In this document: positions 18,046 to 28,324 of the stretch, piece by piece
Layout: every line of letters starts with the position of its first letter
Numbering within the stretch: position 1 is the first letter of the stretch
Source of the DNA: Candidatus Omnitrophota bacterium
Lineage (GTDB): Bacteria > Omnitrophota > Gorgyraeia > JABMRG01 > JAFGKX01
Length of the DNA: 64,000 bases
Assembly (NCBI GenBank): GCA_043797125.1
Contig: JAZDPX010000013.1
Span: forward strand, 73,180 to 137,179
Reading direction: 5' to 3'
Made by a program: the position numbers and the translations under genes
Notes under the pieces: generated by a model
Databases searched by the model: none
Told to the model about the DNA's origin: nothing
Seen by the model: the letters and a program-made list of their open reading frames with translations, nothing else

Positions 18046-19419
18046 TTAATGGTGAATATGTTTTGTTTCTATCTTTGGCTCTTCTTCGGCAGGCGTTTCT
18101 AATCCTGCCTCTATTTCCTGGGCGCCTGACCACAACAAGCTCGCTCCACCTGTAAGCTGGCTTTGGGAATCTATAAGAAAATTTCCTTTTGTAACAATTA
18201 CATCGCCTTCGCTTAACCCGCTTAAGACAGGGTAGAATTGAGACGCTATGCCCTCTTCTTCTGCCGATGCAAGTGAACCAATCTTTATTTCTCTTCCTAC
18301 AAATTCGCCTTCTTTGGCTTGAATATATACAATTTTTCGAACGCCCGTGTCTAACACAGCGTCTTTGGGCACAGCCAAAATCATACCATCTTCATTTTGT
18401 GTTACTGTATATATATCTTCTATAACAACATTCACATACATCTGGGGTTTCAGTTTTAGATCCGGGTTATCCACTTCTATTCTTACCCGCGCTGAACGGG
18501 TCTTTGGGTCTATGACAGGATTTATTGACACTACTGCTCCTTTGAATTCCTCGCCGGGATATGCATCGGTCGTAATTTTCGCTTCCTGGCGCGGCTTAAC
18601 CCAGCCGAGTTCATACTCATATATCTGGGCATACGCCCACATTTTATCTTGCGGCAATATTAAACTCTGGTCGGCAGTAGTCTGGTTTTGCAGGCTTGCT
18701 ATATATTCATCGCTTAAGCCAAGCAATTTAAGCCTGGTCTTTGACCTGTTTAAAATGTCATCGGCGCGCGCGATTACATCCGGGTCCGGGCTATTTCCAA
18801 CTTTTTCCCTGGTCTGAACCGCGGTTAGAAATTCCTCTTGCGCAACAGCAAGTTCCGGATCATAAGCTATGGTTCCTGACGCACGTATGAGCTTTGACAA
18901 ACTTCTCTTTTTTATCGGCTCTGTTTTTATGCCTGCAAGATCGACCTGCTGCTTATTAAGGCTGACCCTCGATACCGCTGTTTCGCCATTCTGAACTCTT
19001 AGTTTCGCCGCCTGTTCAGGCTTTATCTTTTTAAGGGGTTTTTTGCATACGGGGCAGCTCATTTGCTTATCCGCTGTGATTACAAATGAATGGCCGCCGC
19101 ATATGCATTGCGCGTCTTTTATGCCTTCGTCGCAATGCTTACAATGGCCTTGTTCTGTCACGCCGCAGCCATAATAATCCTCATTAGCCTGTACCGCTTC
19201 ATCCTGCTGCGGCTCTGCTGTTTCATAAACAGGGATTAAGTCCATGCCGCAGATGGGGCATTTGCCTTTTTTTTCAGCGTGCACGCTTGGGTGCATAGAA
19301 CATGTCCAATATGAAATCTTTTGCTCGGTGCTAGTTTTTTCTACCGCTTGTGCCACGCAAACTGTCGCAGTTAAAAGTGCTGTTAATACGACAGCCGCTA
19401 AAATTATTTTGAGTCTCAT
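18046..19419 (-). CDS. cusB: CusB-like periplasmic adaptor with N-terminal heavy-metal-binding domain and extra Cys/His-rich segment
   Basis: WTCSMHP...CPICGMDL, LKPQMY, GNFLIDS motifs. Confidence 0.88.
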   Translation of the reverse strand: MRLKIILAAVVLTALLTATVCVAQAVEKTSTEQKISYWTCSMHPSVHAEKKGKCPICGMDLIPVYETAEPQQDEAVQANEDYYGCGVTEQGHCKHCDEGIKDAQCICGGHSFVITADKQMSCPVCKKPLKKIKPEQAAKLRVQNGETAVSRVSLNKQQVDLAGIKTEPIKKRSLSKLIRASGTIAYDPELAVAQEEFLTAVQTREKVGNSPDPDVIARADDILNRSKTRLKLLGLSDEYIASLQNQTTADQSLILPQDKMWAYAQIYEYELGWVKPRQEAKITTDAYPGEEFKGAVVSINPVIDPKTRSARVRIEVDNPDLKLKPQMYVNVVIEDIYTVTQNEDGMILAVPKDAVLDTGVRKIVYIQAKEGEFVGREIKIGSLASAEEEGIASQFYPVLSGLSEGDVIVTKGNFLIDSQSQLTGGASLLWSGAQEIEAGLETPAEEEPKIETKHIHH

Positions 19420-19432
19420 TTATGCGCCTCCA

Positions 19433-20692
19433 TTATAAGTCAATGCCCACAGCCATTTCCAGCTCTGCTAATGCCGCCTCATGCTCAACTGTCGCCATAT
19501 AATAATCTAATTTAAATTCCAGAAGCGTTCTTTGGCTGTCAAGAAGGTTTAAGAAATCTATGGTGTTTGCCTCATAACCAACAGATGCGGATTTAAACGC
19601 CTGCTCAGCCTGCGGAATAAAAGATGTCTTATACAGAGTTGCCAATTTTTTATACGCCTCGGCTTTTGAATAAGCGTCCTTCACTTCAAGCAGGACCGTG
19701 TTCTTTTTATCCTGATACTCTGCCTCCATTGCTTTAAGCTCATTTTTCATCTGGCTTACATTAAAACTTTCTTTCTGCCAAAACCATAATGGTATGCTTA
19801 TACCCACCATGCCTGCCCAGTCTGTAAGGCGCCCGTCCCGCTCCATGCTTTCGTATTTTACCGTAAAATCAGGCAGATATTCCTGCTTTGCCAAAGAATA
19901 GATTTTCTTCGCCCTTTCAACTGCCAGATGCGACGCCATAAGCTCGGGCCTTTTTTCAAGCGTTATTTTGTTTAATTCATCAAGGGTATATTTAAGCTCT
20001 GTTTCGCCGCTTGAGGCAATGGGGCCTAGCTCAAAGCTCGGGTCCTTGTTTAAAAGTATATCCAGCCGCGCCTGCTTTGCCTGCCTTTTCTGCTCAAGCA
20101 TCAGCAGTTCATTATCCATACGCGCTATCTCTACGTGCGCTTTCAATGCGTCCTGCTGGCTTGTTTTACCAAGCGAGTACTGCGCGGATGCGGAAGAGGC
20201 CAACTGTTCCAAGAGCAGTTTGTTTTCCTTTGTTATGTCAATTGATTTATATACAAACGCAAGTTCCGAATATAACGACTTGACGCTTGAAATTATCCGC
20301 CTTTCTTTTTCCCTATATTCGCTATATGCTATCTGGGCTTCTTTCTGCGCTATCTGCGCCCTTGTCAAAAGCTTTGAAAGAAACGGCACATCCTGGGACA
20401 CCGCGTATGTGCGCATCGGAGCGGTATCGCCTTCCATAACAGCATCCATACTCGCGTTTATCTTATCATACTTAAATTCAAACTCCGGGTTGTTTAAACT
20501 TGATGCCTGGGGTATCTTATTCTTCGCTGCCTCATATCTATTCTTTGATGCTATAATTTCTGGATTGTTCCGGACGGCTTCGTCGATGAGTGTAGCTAAA
20601 TTATCTGGTTCATCGGCATACAGATGCAGAGTAGAAAAAACTGATGCCAGCAATGCCAGCAAACAAATAAATTTTATCTTTGACTTTTCCAT
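19433..20692 (-). CDS. TolC/CusC-family outer membrane efflux protein
   Basis: Signal peptide, NNPEI and KRPEL repeats, first gene of the RND operon. Confidence 0.9.
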   Translation of the reverse strand: MEKSKIKFICLLALLASVFSTLHLYADEPDNLATLIDEAVRNNPEIIASKNRYEAAKNKIPQASSLNNPEFEFKYDKINASMDAVMEGDTAPMRTYAVSQDVPFLSKLLTRAQIAQKEAQIAYSEYREKERRIISSVKSLYSELAFVYKSIDITKENKLLLEQLASSASAQYSLGKTSQQDALKAHVEIARMDNELLMLEQKRQAKQARLDILLNKDPSFELGPIASSGETELKYTLDELNKITLEKRPELMASHLAVERAKKIYSLAKQEYLPDFTVKYESMERDGRLTDWAGMVGISIPLWFWQKESFNVSQMKNELKAMEAEYQDKKNTVLLEVKDAYSKAEAYKKLATLYKTSFIPQAEQAFKSASVGYEANTIDFLNLLDSQRTLLEFKLDYYMATVEHEAALAELEMAVGIDL

Positions 20693-20749
20693 TTTTCGGA
20701 TTAATTATAGCACGAAACTCGCTGTTCGTACAAATATTATCGAAAACAA

Positions 20750-20785
20750 TAATAGTAGGGCAGGCTTAAGCCTGCCCTACTATTA
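20750..20785. repeat. Solo GTAG-type perfect palindrome (36 bp), compensatory variant
   Basis: TAATAGTAGGGCAGGCTTAAGCCTGCCCTACTATTA. Confidence 0.9.
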
Positions 20786-20810
20786 CATAACATGTGCCTT
20801 ACGCTAATTA

Positions 20811-22013
20811 TTAAATCGGGCGTTCGTTTAACGGCTTAAATGTGTAGCCTGAATCAGCTCCCGGCAGAGAAGCCACGGGTTCACTTAACAAAAAGTCGCC
20901 TTTCTTGATCCACTTTTTCAGTGTGTTGGCAATCTCAACCGCCTTGCTGTAACTGGAAAGGCTTCCTGTCGGAATTTCTTTGCCCTGGAATTTAATCTTG
21001 CCGCTTCTAAGCTGAGCGTAATTTACCTCGCCAAGGCTTCCTGGTATTCCTTGCGGATACGCCTTGCTGTAATCAACTACCTGCGCCCACAGGTCTTCGT
21101 CTTTAACTGTTGTATATTGGCAGATTTCCTCGTTTAATATAGGTATAGGAATGCCTATGCCAACATTGAGAGTTACGCCATAACCCTGCATAGATACTCC
21201 GACAAGCCATTCCTGCTTCATTTGTTTAAGGTCACCTATAACTGCCAAGGTTCCTGCCGGCGCCTGGGGCACACCGTTGTCTTTGCGTTTTACCGAAGGG
21301 TTATGCTGCGTTCCGTGCCAGGCCACATAGCCTATTCCGCCGCCTAAGAATATCTTTGTGCCGATACCGATAGTTTTATAATACGGGTCATTTAAAAGAG
21401 GCGAAAGCTGGCCGGCGCTACAGTAATTGGCATTGCCCAATTTTGGCCTAAGTATTCCCATATACGTATAGATGACTTTATCCGACAAGTTAACCGCTAC
21501 GTTGTAATTCTGGTAAACATTTCTTGGATTAAAAAGCACTGCCTCGTTTAAATCCTTGATGTTTATCTTGGTCTTCAGTTCTTTGCGCGGATAGCAATCA
21601 GTGCCATATGCTGTAGCTGTCAGGACTAAATCTTTACCAGCTACCAAGTCTTCTATCACGTGGGCTCCGCCGTATTTGAATTCTCCCGGGAAAACTTTGT
21701 TTCTTGGATCGTCGTCGGGCATGGCGGTTGCGCCAACATAAACATCGACTGCGGCAAATCCCGCGTAAACAGGCACGTCATTAATATATGCCCTGCCTCC
21801 GCCGATTTTTGTTTTCGGTTTGCTGTGGCCTATGTTAAAATACGCACCTGATGAGCACATCGGGCCAAAGGTACCGGTGGTAACAACATCGACTTCCTTT
21901 GCCGCTTTAGCCGCGCCTTTTTTCTTAACAATGTCAATTATCTCTTCCGCGGTTACCACTACCGCATTTCCGCTTTTTATGCGTTCGTTAATTTCTGCTA
22001 TAGTTTTTGCCAT
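20811..22013 (-). CDS. DUF39 homocysteine biosynthesis protein (aspartate-semialdehyde sulfurtransferase-like)
   Basis: KTIAEINERIKSGNAVVVTAEE, DVVTTGTFGPMCSSGA, GQLSPLLNDP and GTQHNP motifs; follows cysK. Confidence 0.88.
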   Translation of the reverse strand: MAKTIAEINERIKSGNAVVVTAEEIIDIVKKKGAAKAAKEVDVVTTGTFGPMCSSGAYFNIGHSKPKTKIGGGRAYINDVPVYAGFAAVDVYVGATAMPDDDPRNKVFPGEFKYGGAHVIEDLVAGKDLVLTATAYGTDCYPRKELKTKINIKDLNEAVLFNPRNVYQNYNVAVNLSDKVIYTYMGILRPKLGNANYCSAGQLSPLLNDPYYKTIGIGTKIFLGGGIGYVAWHGTQHNPSVKRKDNGVPQAPAGTLAVIGDLKQMKQEWLVGVSMQGYGVTLNVGIGIPIPILNEEICQYTTVKDEDLWAQVVDYSKAYPQGIPGSLGEVNYAQLRSGKIKFQGKEIPTGSLSSYSKAVEIANTLKKWIKKGDFLLSEPVASLPGADSGYTFKPLNERPI

Positions 22014-22034
22014 AGTTTCCTCCGTTTTTTTAGC

Positions 22035-22955
22035 TTATTTAAACAGCCAAGTAGTTAAGTAGCGTTCGCCTGTATCAGGAAGTATAACAACGATTAATTT
22101 GCCTTTATTTTCTTTGCGCTTAGCTATTTCTACGGCCGCGTGCACTGCCGCGCCGCTTGATATACCCGCTAATATGCCTTCTTCTTTTGCCAGCCTTCTT
22201 GCCATTATGCCGGAATCTTCGTTACTAACCTGAATTATCTCGTCGATTAATTCCTTTTTTAAAACATCCGGCACAAACCCGGCGCCTATTCCCTGAATTT
22301 TATGCGCGCCCGGCTTTCCGCCTGAAAGAACAGGTGAATCTGTCGGCTCAACCGCAATTGCTTTAAATGACGGCTTTCTTTTTTTAATTACTTCTGCTAC
22401 GCCGGTGATTGTTCCGCCTGTGCCAACGCCGCTGATTAAAATATCTATTTTGCCGTCGGTATCTGCCCATATCTCCTGCGCTGTTGTCTCTCTGTGTATC
22501 TTAGGATTAGCGGGGTTTTTAAACTGCTGAGGCATAAATGAGTTTGGCGTTTCCTTAAGAAGCTCTTCTGCCCTTTTAACTGCGCCTGTCATTCCTTCCG
22601 CGCCCGGGGTAAGAACAAGCTCTGCGCCAAATACAGATAAAAGCTGCCTGCGCTCAATAGACATGGTATCTGGCATTGTTAAAATTAGACGGTAGCCTCT
22701 GGCAGCGCATACAAAGGCAAGGCCTATGCCTGTATTTCCGCTTGTCGGCTCAATTATTACAGTGCCTTTTTTAATCAGGCCTTTTTTTTCCGCGTCATCA
22801 ATCATTGAAACGCCTATTCTGTCTTTTACGCTGGACAGCGGGTTAAAGGATTCTAATTTTCCTACCAATGCCGCCTCAGATCCTTGGGCAATTTTATTTA
22901 ACCTCACCAAAGGCGTGTTGCCTACCAATTTGGTTATATCATCTGCTATCTTCAT
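22035..22955 (-). CDS. cysK: Cysteine synthase A
   Basis: [33 protein letters not shown]. Confidence 0.97.
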   Translation of the reverse strand: MKIADDITKLVGNTPLVRLNKIAQGSEAALVGKLESFNPLSSVKDRIGVSMIDDAEKKGLIKKGTVIIEPTSGNTGIGLAFVCAARGYRLILTMPDTMSIERRQLLSVFGAELVLTPGAEGMTGAVKRAEELLKETPNSFMPQQFKNPANPKIHRETTAQEIWADTDGKIDILISGVGTGGTITGVAEVIKKRKPSFKAIAVEPTDSPVLSGGKPGAHKIQGIGAGFVPDVLKKELIDEIIQVSNEDSGIMARRLAKEEGILAGISSGAAVHAAVEIAKRKENKGKLIVVILPDTGERYLTTWLFK

Positions 22956-22991
22956 TATGTTTTCTCCGGTTTATATAGCTATTAAAAGTTT

Positions 22992-23087
22992 CACAGATAA
23001 TCACAGATTAAAAGAAACAGACTATCGCAGATTTTTTAAAATATATCTGTGATCATCTTGTATCTTTTCATCTGCGATCATCTGTGT
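22992..23087. repeat. CACAGAT/ATCTGTG short-unit inverted repeat element, copy 1
   Basis: Four CAGAT-type units facing four ATCTG-type units. Near-identical to the reverse complement of 54081-54169. Confidence 0.85.
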
Positions 23088-23101
23088 AATAAATCTCATT
23101 T

Positions 23102-23545
23102 TCATATAACATACATATGCGGGGTTTTAAGTTTTTTCTTGTGCCTTTTAACCATTTCCTCTAAAGTTACTGATTCTAAACTTTTTAATATTTTATCGCC
23201 TAATTCTTTCCATATATCGCGCGTTACGCAAATATCTATTCTATCACAAACAGCGGGCGAATCAATACATTCAACAGGTGACAATGAACCTTCAAGCGTC
23301 AAAATTATTTCCTTGAGCGTTATTTTGGATGGCGCCTTTGCCAGCGTGTAGCCGCCATGCGCGCCCCTGCTTGATTTTACAAGCCCAATAGCTTTAAGCG
23401 GCGGCACAAGATGCTCTAAATATCCTTCGGAAATATTCTGTCTTTTGGCAATATCTTTCAGCAGAACATTGCCGTTGCCATAATTAAGCGCCAGTTCCAG
23501 CATTAATCTTGCGCCATATCTTCCTTTTGTTGAAAGCCTCATCAT
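23102..23545 (-). CDS. Rrf2-family regulator (CymR/IscR-like)
   Basis: STKGRYG, SSRGAHGGY, and C-x6-C-x5-C (ECIDSPAVCDRIDIC) Fe-S ligands. Confidence 0.93.
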   Translation of the reverse strand: MMRLSTKGRYGARLMLELALNYGNGNVLLKDIAKRQNISEGYLEHLVPPLKAIGLVKSSRGAHGGYTLAKAPSKITLKEIILTLEGSLSPVECIDSPAVCDRIDICVTRDIWKELGDKILKSLESVTLEEMVKRHKKKLKTPHMYVI

Positions 23546-23589
23546 AAATTATGATTTCTTAACCTATTAACCTTATCATATTGGTAGGG

Positions 23590-23618
23590 ATTATATACAA
23601 AAAAATATTTCCTGTCAA
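23590..23618 (-). promoter_or_regulatory. Consensus sigma70 promoter TTGACA-N17-TATAAT for rrf2-cysK-DUF39
   Basis: -35 at 23613-23618, -10 at 23590-23595. Confidence 0.75.
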
Positions 23619-25021
23619 GGTTTTTCTTCTGTTTGCGGCGGCTGTTGCGGAGGTTCTTGCGGGGCAGCCTCTTCTTTTTTAAGATCAAGGTTTGTAAGAT
23701 TTTCAAATATATTGCTAAAAATCCCTTTTCTAATCGAAAATACGGCGTCTTTGCCGCGCAATCTTGCGATGTATGTTTCCCCTTTTTTAACAACATCGAT
23801 TGCTAAAGTGGTTGCATCCTTGTTTTCTATCTCGAACGAATACGCCAGCATATCCTTGGATGCATCCGCATAGTTCTCGTTAAAAAGAATCTTCTCAACC
23901 TCAAAACCTTTTAATTTATCGATATAGCTTGTATTTTTCTGTACCAGGGCTTCATCAAGTTTATAAACTTCGTTTTCCGCGCTAACAGATACGGATTTCA
24001 AGTTATCTTTGTTTATCTTCAGCGGGTTATCTATAAAAAATTTGGATGTATCTATATCCAGCTTATCAATTGCGTAGCTGCGCAGGATATAGGCGTATCC
24101 GTCTTGAGTCTTGGCGTATCTATCCTTGCCGTCTTTTTCGGTTGCGTTGCCCAAAATAATCTCTATCGGCTTTTCCTGGCCTTCCAGCACAACCTTAAGG
24201 TACGGTTTTTCAAAGCCCCGGCCTTCGGCGCTTTCTAGGGCAATGGCCTCTTGCGCCTTTGCCTCTGTCATGGCCTTAAGCGCATTTTTTATTTTTTCCG
24301 AATCAATGTTAAATAAGGGCTCTTGCCCGACCGCCACCCAGCGCTTAAGGTTTCTTTCCGGATCGAGTTCTTTCTTAAGATCCGCGGTTGCTATTTCAAC
24401 ATCCTGCTGCCTGCGGATTATCTTTATTGATTCTATTTTTTCGGTATCAAATTTGGCAACAGTCAAATCAATCCACGTGTCCGCATTAATGGTGGCGTCT
24501 TTGGGTTCTGTGTAAATATCAAGAAATGAATAAACATCCTTATCCGTGATATAAACTTCTTCCGAGCTTCCTATTCTCAGGAATGAGCTTCCCTCGCCGG
24601 GTTTTTCCATGCCTATAAAAAACACCTGGTATGGTTTTGAATCCTTATCAAGTATAGATATCGAAAACGCCTCGTTATCAGCAATCTTGTAATCTGAAAA
24701 GAGGTTTTTCGAATTAGAGCGCATTTCTCCCTGCAATGACGCAAGATCTGTTATAAATTTTTCTATTCTTTCGCTCTGCGCCATCATATTACCTTTGGAA
24801 GGAAGGCGCCATTGAGCGTCTTTTTTCTCAAGCGTTAAAAGGTTCTCGTTTTCGCCTTTTTTAATCTGGATTCCGTAAATTAAAGAAGGATCGATGGTAA
24901 TCTGAAGGCCCTTGTACTCCTGTTGCGCTAATTCGGGTTTCATAAAAATCTTTTTGGCGGATAATATCGCCAAAAGGGTTATTAGTATAACTCCTAAAAA
25001 TATTAAATGTTTGGTCTTCAT
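23615..25021 (-). CDS. DUF4340-family membrane-anchored periplasmic protein
   Basis: N-terminal TM, repeated W...A...YGF/YKI modules, position after a Gld-like ABC pair. Confidence 0.8.
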   Translation of the reverse strand: MKTKHLIFLGVILITLLAILSAKKIFMKPELAQQEYKGLQITIDPSLIYGIQIKKGENENLLTLEKKDAQWRLPSKGNMMAQSERIEKFITDLASLQGEMRSNSKNLFSDYKIADNEAFSISILDKDSKPYQVFFIGMEKPGEGSSFLRIGSSEEVYITDKDVYSFLDIYTEPKDATINADTWIDLTVAKFDTEKIESIKIIRRQQDVEIATADLKKELDPERNLKRWVAVGQEPLFNIDSEKIKNALKAMTEAKAQEAIALESAEGRGFEKPYLKVVLEGQEKPIEIILGNATEKDGKDRYAKTQDGYAYILRSYAIDKLDIDTSKFFIDNPLKINKDNLKSVSVSAENEVYKLDEALVQKNTSYIDKLKGFEVEKILFNENYADASKDMLAYSFEIENKDATTLAIDVVKKGETYIARLRGKDAVFSIRKGIFSNIFENLTNLDLKKEEAAPQEPPQQPPQTEEKP

Positions 25022-25034
25022 ATTATTTAAGCCG

Positions 25035-27509
25035 CTACGCTTGAAGGCTTTTTAAGTACAGCCACTTTGTGCGCTTTCTCATAAAAATCCTGAAAGCCCC
25101 GATAACGCACAACGCCACAGGCAATAAAAATGTCGTGAATATTCTCCACCAGGCCTTGGCTATAGTTGATATCTTTTTTGTGGAGCGGTCCACCTGCTGT
25201 TTGCTTCTTACCTCAATAAGCTGCTCGCCCAGGGTAATCGCGTCAATTGAATTGATAAAAAATCCCAATTGCCCGCCTTTTGTAAAAAGCTCTCTTGTAA
25301 ACATCATTGTGCAGCCTGTCAGCACCAATTTGCCCGGGGCAGGCGAAAGCGCCACGTTTTCCTTTGGTTTTTCATAGCTTTCTTCTTCCGCGGCCTCCTC
25401 TTTCGGCCATTCCGGGACGCCTTTGCCTTCAAACGCGTCGGGAAACTGCCCCTGCACCAGAACAGCCAGCGGAATGCTCTTTCTTTTATCAGGCGGCGGC
25501 ATATTAAAGTCGTCGTTGGTAAGCTCGCCCTGGTGAAATTCCGCCTGCCACGAATCCTCGCTTGAGGTAAAAAGTGTTTTTGAGGCAAGGTTTAATGTTG
25601 AGAGTTTCGCGGAATCGACGACAACAGCCGTGCCCCAGAGGTAAAACATGGTGGAAAGCCTTGATGTTATGGATACATCCTTGTTCATTTGGTCTGATAT
25701 AATCTTCACCTGAATAGGCAGTTTTACAGGCGCGCTAATAGGTATTACGCCGAATAACTTACTGCCCGTAAGGCTTACTATATCGACCTGGGAATCCATA
25801 AGGAAATCTTTGCTTACGCCAAGGCCCCATTTTTCAAGTATGTCTTCGACCTGCGGGTTTTTATCAACCGAAGCGACTCTTATGCCCTGCTGGGAAAACG
25901 AGCTGTATTCAAAATTGTATCTTTGAACCGCCATAAATACCGAGCCGCCGTTCACTAAAAATCTATTTATCTCGAATCTTTGGCGCTCGTTGAGGTCTCT
26001 GGGCTCTATGATAATAAGAGTATTTGTGCCTGCCGGTATCGGTTCTTCCTGCGTAAGCTTTATACGGGATACGGTGTAGCCTTCGTACTCCAGCAATTTA
26101 GGAAGAAACTCATACTCATCTTCCCTTAGCTTATCAACCTGGTCCTGGCCCAAGCTTGCCAATATCTGTTTCATAGACGGGTCAATAAACCTTTCCTCGT
26201 ACGGAGCGACCAGGGCAACGGAAGGCTTTTTAGCCAAAGTCATCTTATATATGGTTGAGATGACAATGTACTCTAAATCATATATATGGTCAGCCGTTAT
26301 TCTCGGTATGACTTCTTCGGGCTTTTCCTTATACGCTATGGATATGGCCGAATAAATAAGCTTTACGCCTAATTCGTCGGCCTCTATGCTTTGCACCTGA
26401 AACGGCCGTATGCCCTTTTTCTCGATAGATTTTTCCAGCGACTCCTCCTGGCCCTCCTGCGTAACATTGGCTGCCTCCATATGAAAAACCTTATAGTCAA
26501 AATTGCCCTTTGACGCCACCTTTAGCTCGTCGAGCTTGTCCCTGATGTCACGCTCCAGGTTTTTCATTCCTGTGGGCATCTTATCCGAGGAGGAGATAAA
26601 CAACTTCGCCGTAGCAGGCGCTTTTAAACCTTGCAGGATTTCTTTTGTCGCCTTTGATATGGTGTACATCTTTCCTTCTGTTAAATCCGCGCGGCCTATG
26701 GGCATGTCCGAGAATATAAAATTAAACAGCGCGAAAATCGCAACGCTTATAAGAACGGCTGTGGTAAAAAACGTTTTTGATTTTGGCTTTAATCTCGTTT
26801 CCAGCCAGAAAGTATTAAGCGCCAGGAATATCGCTGTCCCGATAACAATATATAATACGTCGCGGATATCTATGACTCCCTTATTAAAAGCGCTGAAATG
26901 CTGCGTAAGGCCTAACGAGCTTCTTAAGAACGATCCTAGCCCGGGTATCCAGCCATCTATGGAGCCTGCGGTGAAATCCGTGCCTAAAAGAAACAGCCCA
27001 AAACAAGCCACCATTCCTATAATCAAAGAGACAATCTGGTCTTTGCAAAACCCTGAAACAAAAATTCCTATTGAAAGGAAGAGGCTGCCCACAAGAATTG
27101 CGCCTATATATTGGCATATAATAATGCCTATGTCCGGCTTTCCAAGGATTGCGATCATTATGGGTATGGTGACTGTGGAAAGAAGCGCGGTTATATAGAA
27201 GACCAGGCTGGCTAAAAATTTACCCATTACAAGCTCCTGCGTCTTGACAGGAAACGTAAGTAAGAGTTCCAGGGTATTGCCTTTTCTGTCTTCGGCCCAT
27301 AGGCGCATTGTAACCGCGGGCAAAAACACGCAAAGTATAAGCGGTAAAGCATAAAAGAATCTTCTCATGTCGGCGATTGAAATTATGAAAAACTCCGTCA
27401 TGTATACCCCGCCTGATATAAGGAGAAATACTATTATAAATATATATGCTATCGGCGAATTAAAAAACGCCTTTATTTCGCGTTTGAATATGGTAATTAT
27501 GTTTCTCAT
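25035..27509 (-). CDS. GldF-GldG-like fused ABC permease / auxiliary protein
   Basis: FFNSPIAY and TMRLWAEDRKGNTLELLLTFP (GldF-like), then DLTEGKMYTIS (GldG-like). Confidence 0.87.
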   Translation of the reverse strand: MRNIITIFKREIKAFFNSPIAYIFIIVFLLISGGVYMTEFFIISIADMRRFFYALPLILCVFLPAVTMRLWAEDRKGNTLELLLTFPVKTQELVMGKFLASLVFYITALLSTVTIPIMIAILGKPDIGIIICQYIGAILVGSLFLSIGIFVSGFCKDQIVSLIIGMVACFGLFLLGTDFTAGSIDGWIPGLGSFLRSSLGLTQHFSAFNKGVIDIRDVLYIVIGTAIFLALNTFWLETRLKPKSKTFFTTAVLISVAIFALFNFIFSDMPIGRADLTEGKMYTISKATKEILQGLKAPATAKLFISSSDKMPTGMKNLERDIRDKLDELKVASKGNFDYKVFHMEAANVTQEGQEESLEKSIEKKGIRPFQVQSIEADELGVKLIYSAISIAYKEKPEEVIPRITADHIYDLEYIVISTIYKMTLAKKPSVALVAPYEERFIDPSMKQILASLGQDQVDKLREDEYEFLPKLLEYEGYTVSRIKLTQEEPIPAGTNTLIIIEPRDLNERQRFEINRFLVNGGSVFMAVQRYNFEYSSFSQQGIRVASVDKNPQVEDILEKWGLGVSKDFLMDSQVDIVSLTGSKLFGVIPISAPVKLPIQVKIISDQMNKDVSITSRLSTMFYLWGTAVVVDSAKLSTLNLASKTLFTSSEDSWQAEFHQGELTNDDFNMPPPDKRKSIPLAVLVQGQFPDAFEGKGVPEWPKEEAAEEESYEKPKENVALSPAPGKLVLTGCTMMFTRELFTKGGQLGFFINSIDAITLGEQLIEVRSKQQVDRSTKKISTIAKAWWRIFTTFLLPVALCVIGAFRIFMRKRTKWLYLKSLQA

Positions 27510-28249
27510 AGGGGTGTCTTTTGCTGTTTTGCGTTTTGCGCGTCTTTGGCAAGAAGCCCGATAAATGCCTTTTCCAGCGTTTCGCTGCCCTGGGTTACTT
27601 CCTTTATAGTGCCGTTGGCAATAATGCGCCCGTCATTTAGAATAACCACCCTGTCTGCCAGCGCTTCAACTTCCTGTAATATATGGGTTGAAAAAATAAT
27701 TGTTTTATTTGCAGAAAGTTTTCGGACAAGCTCTCTTATGCTGATAATCTGTAATGGGTCCAAACCGCTGGTGGGTTCATCAAGGATAAGAACATCGGGA
27801 TCGTGAATAAGCGCCTGGGCCAGGCCTACCCTCTGGCGATAGCCTTTGGATATCTCTGAAACGCCGTGTTTCCATATCCCGGATAAGCCGCAGTTTTCTT
27901 TCACCCACGTTAATCTGTCTCTTAATTTTTCGGATGAAAGGCCCCTTGCCTTTCCTATAAACGTGAGGTATTCATCCACAATCATATCGTCATACAAAGG
28001 AACTGCCTCAGGCATATAGCCTGTAAGTTTTCTTACTAAAAGAGGCTGCAGCGTTATGTCGTGGCCGTCAATTACAGCCGTGCCTTTGGTGGGATATAAA
28101 TAGGTGGTTAATATGCGCATCAGGGTGGTTTTGCCTGCGCCGTTCGGCCCAAGCAGGCCAAGGATCTTTCCCTTTTCCGCGTTGAAAGAGACTTTATGAA
28201 GGGCTACGGTCTTACCATAGTTTCTTGTTACAGACTTAACCTCTATCAC
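27506..28249 (-). CDS. GldA-like ABC transporter ATP-binding protein
   Basis: GPNGAGKT, ISKGYRQRVG, LILDEPT, STH. Confidence 0.93.
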   Translation of the reverse strand: MIEVKSVTRNYGKTVALHKVSFNAEKGKILGLLGPNGAGKTTLMRILTTYLYPTKGTAVIDGHDITLQPLLVRKLTGYMPEAVPLYDDMIVDEYLTFIGKARGLSSEKLRDRLTWVKENCGLSGIWKHGVSEISKGYRQRVGLAQALIHDPDVLILDEPTSGLDPLQIISIRELVRKLSANKTIIFSTHILQEVEALADRVVILNDGRIIANGTIKEVTQGSETLEKAFIGLLAKDAQNAKQQKTPL

Positions 28250-28324
28250 GCTGGCTCCTTGTGTTGGCTATCTTATCTATATATATTAGAATTCTACAAA
28301 ATTTTTTAGTTTTGTCAAGTGTTT

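Noticed and set aside
23615-28249. Gliding motility / type IX secretion inferred from Gld-like genes, or as the exporter of the tagged proteins
   Set aside because: GldA/F/G-like ABC systems with DUF4340 are widespread in non-gliding bacteria. No core T9SS genes are here and nothing but proximity links them to the tagged proteins.
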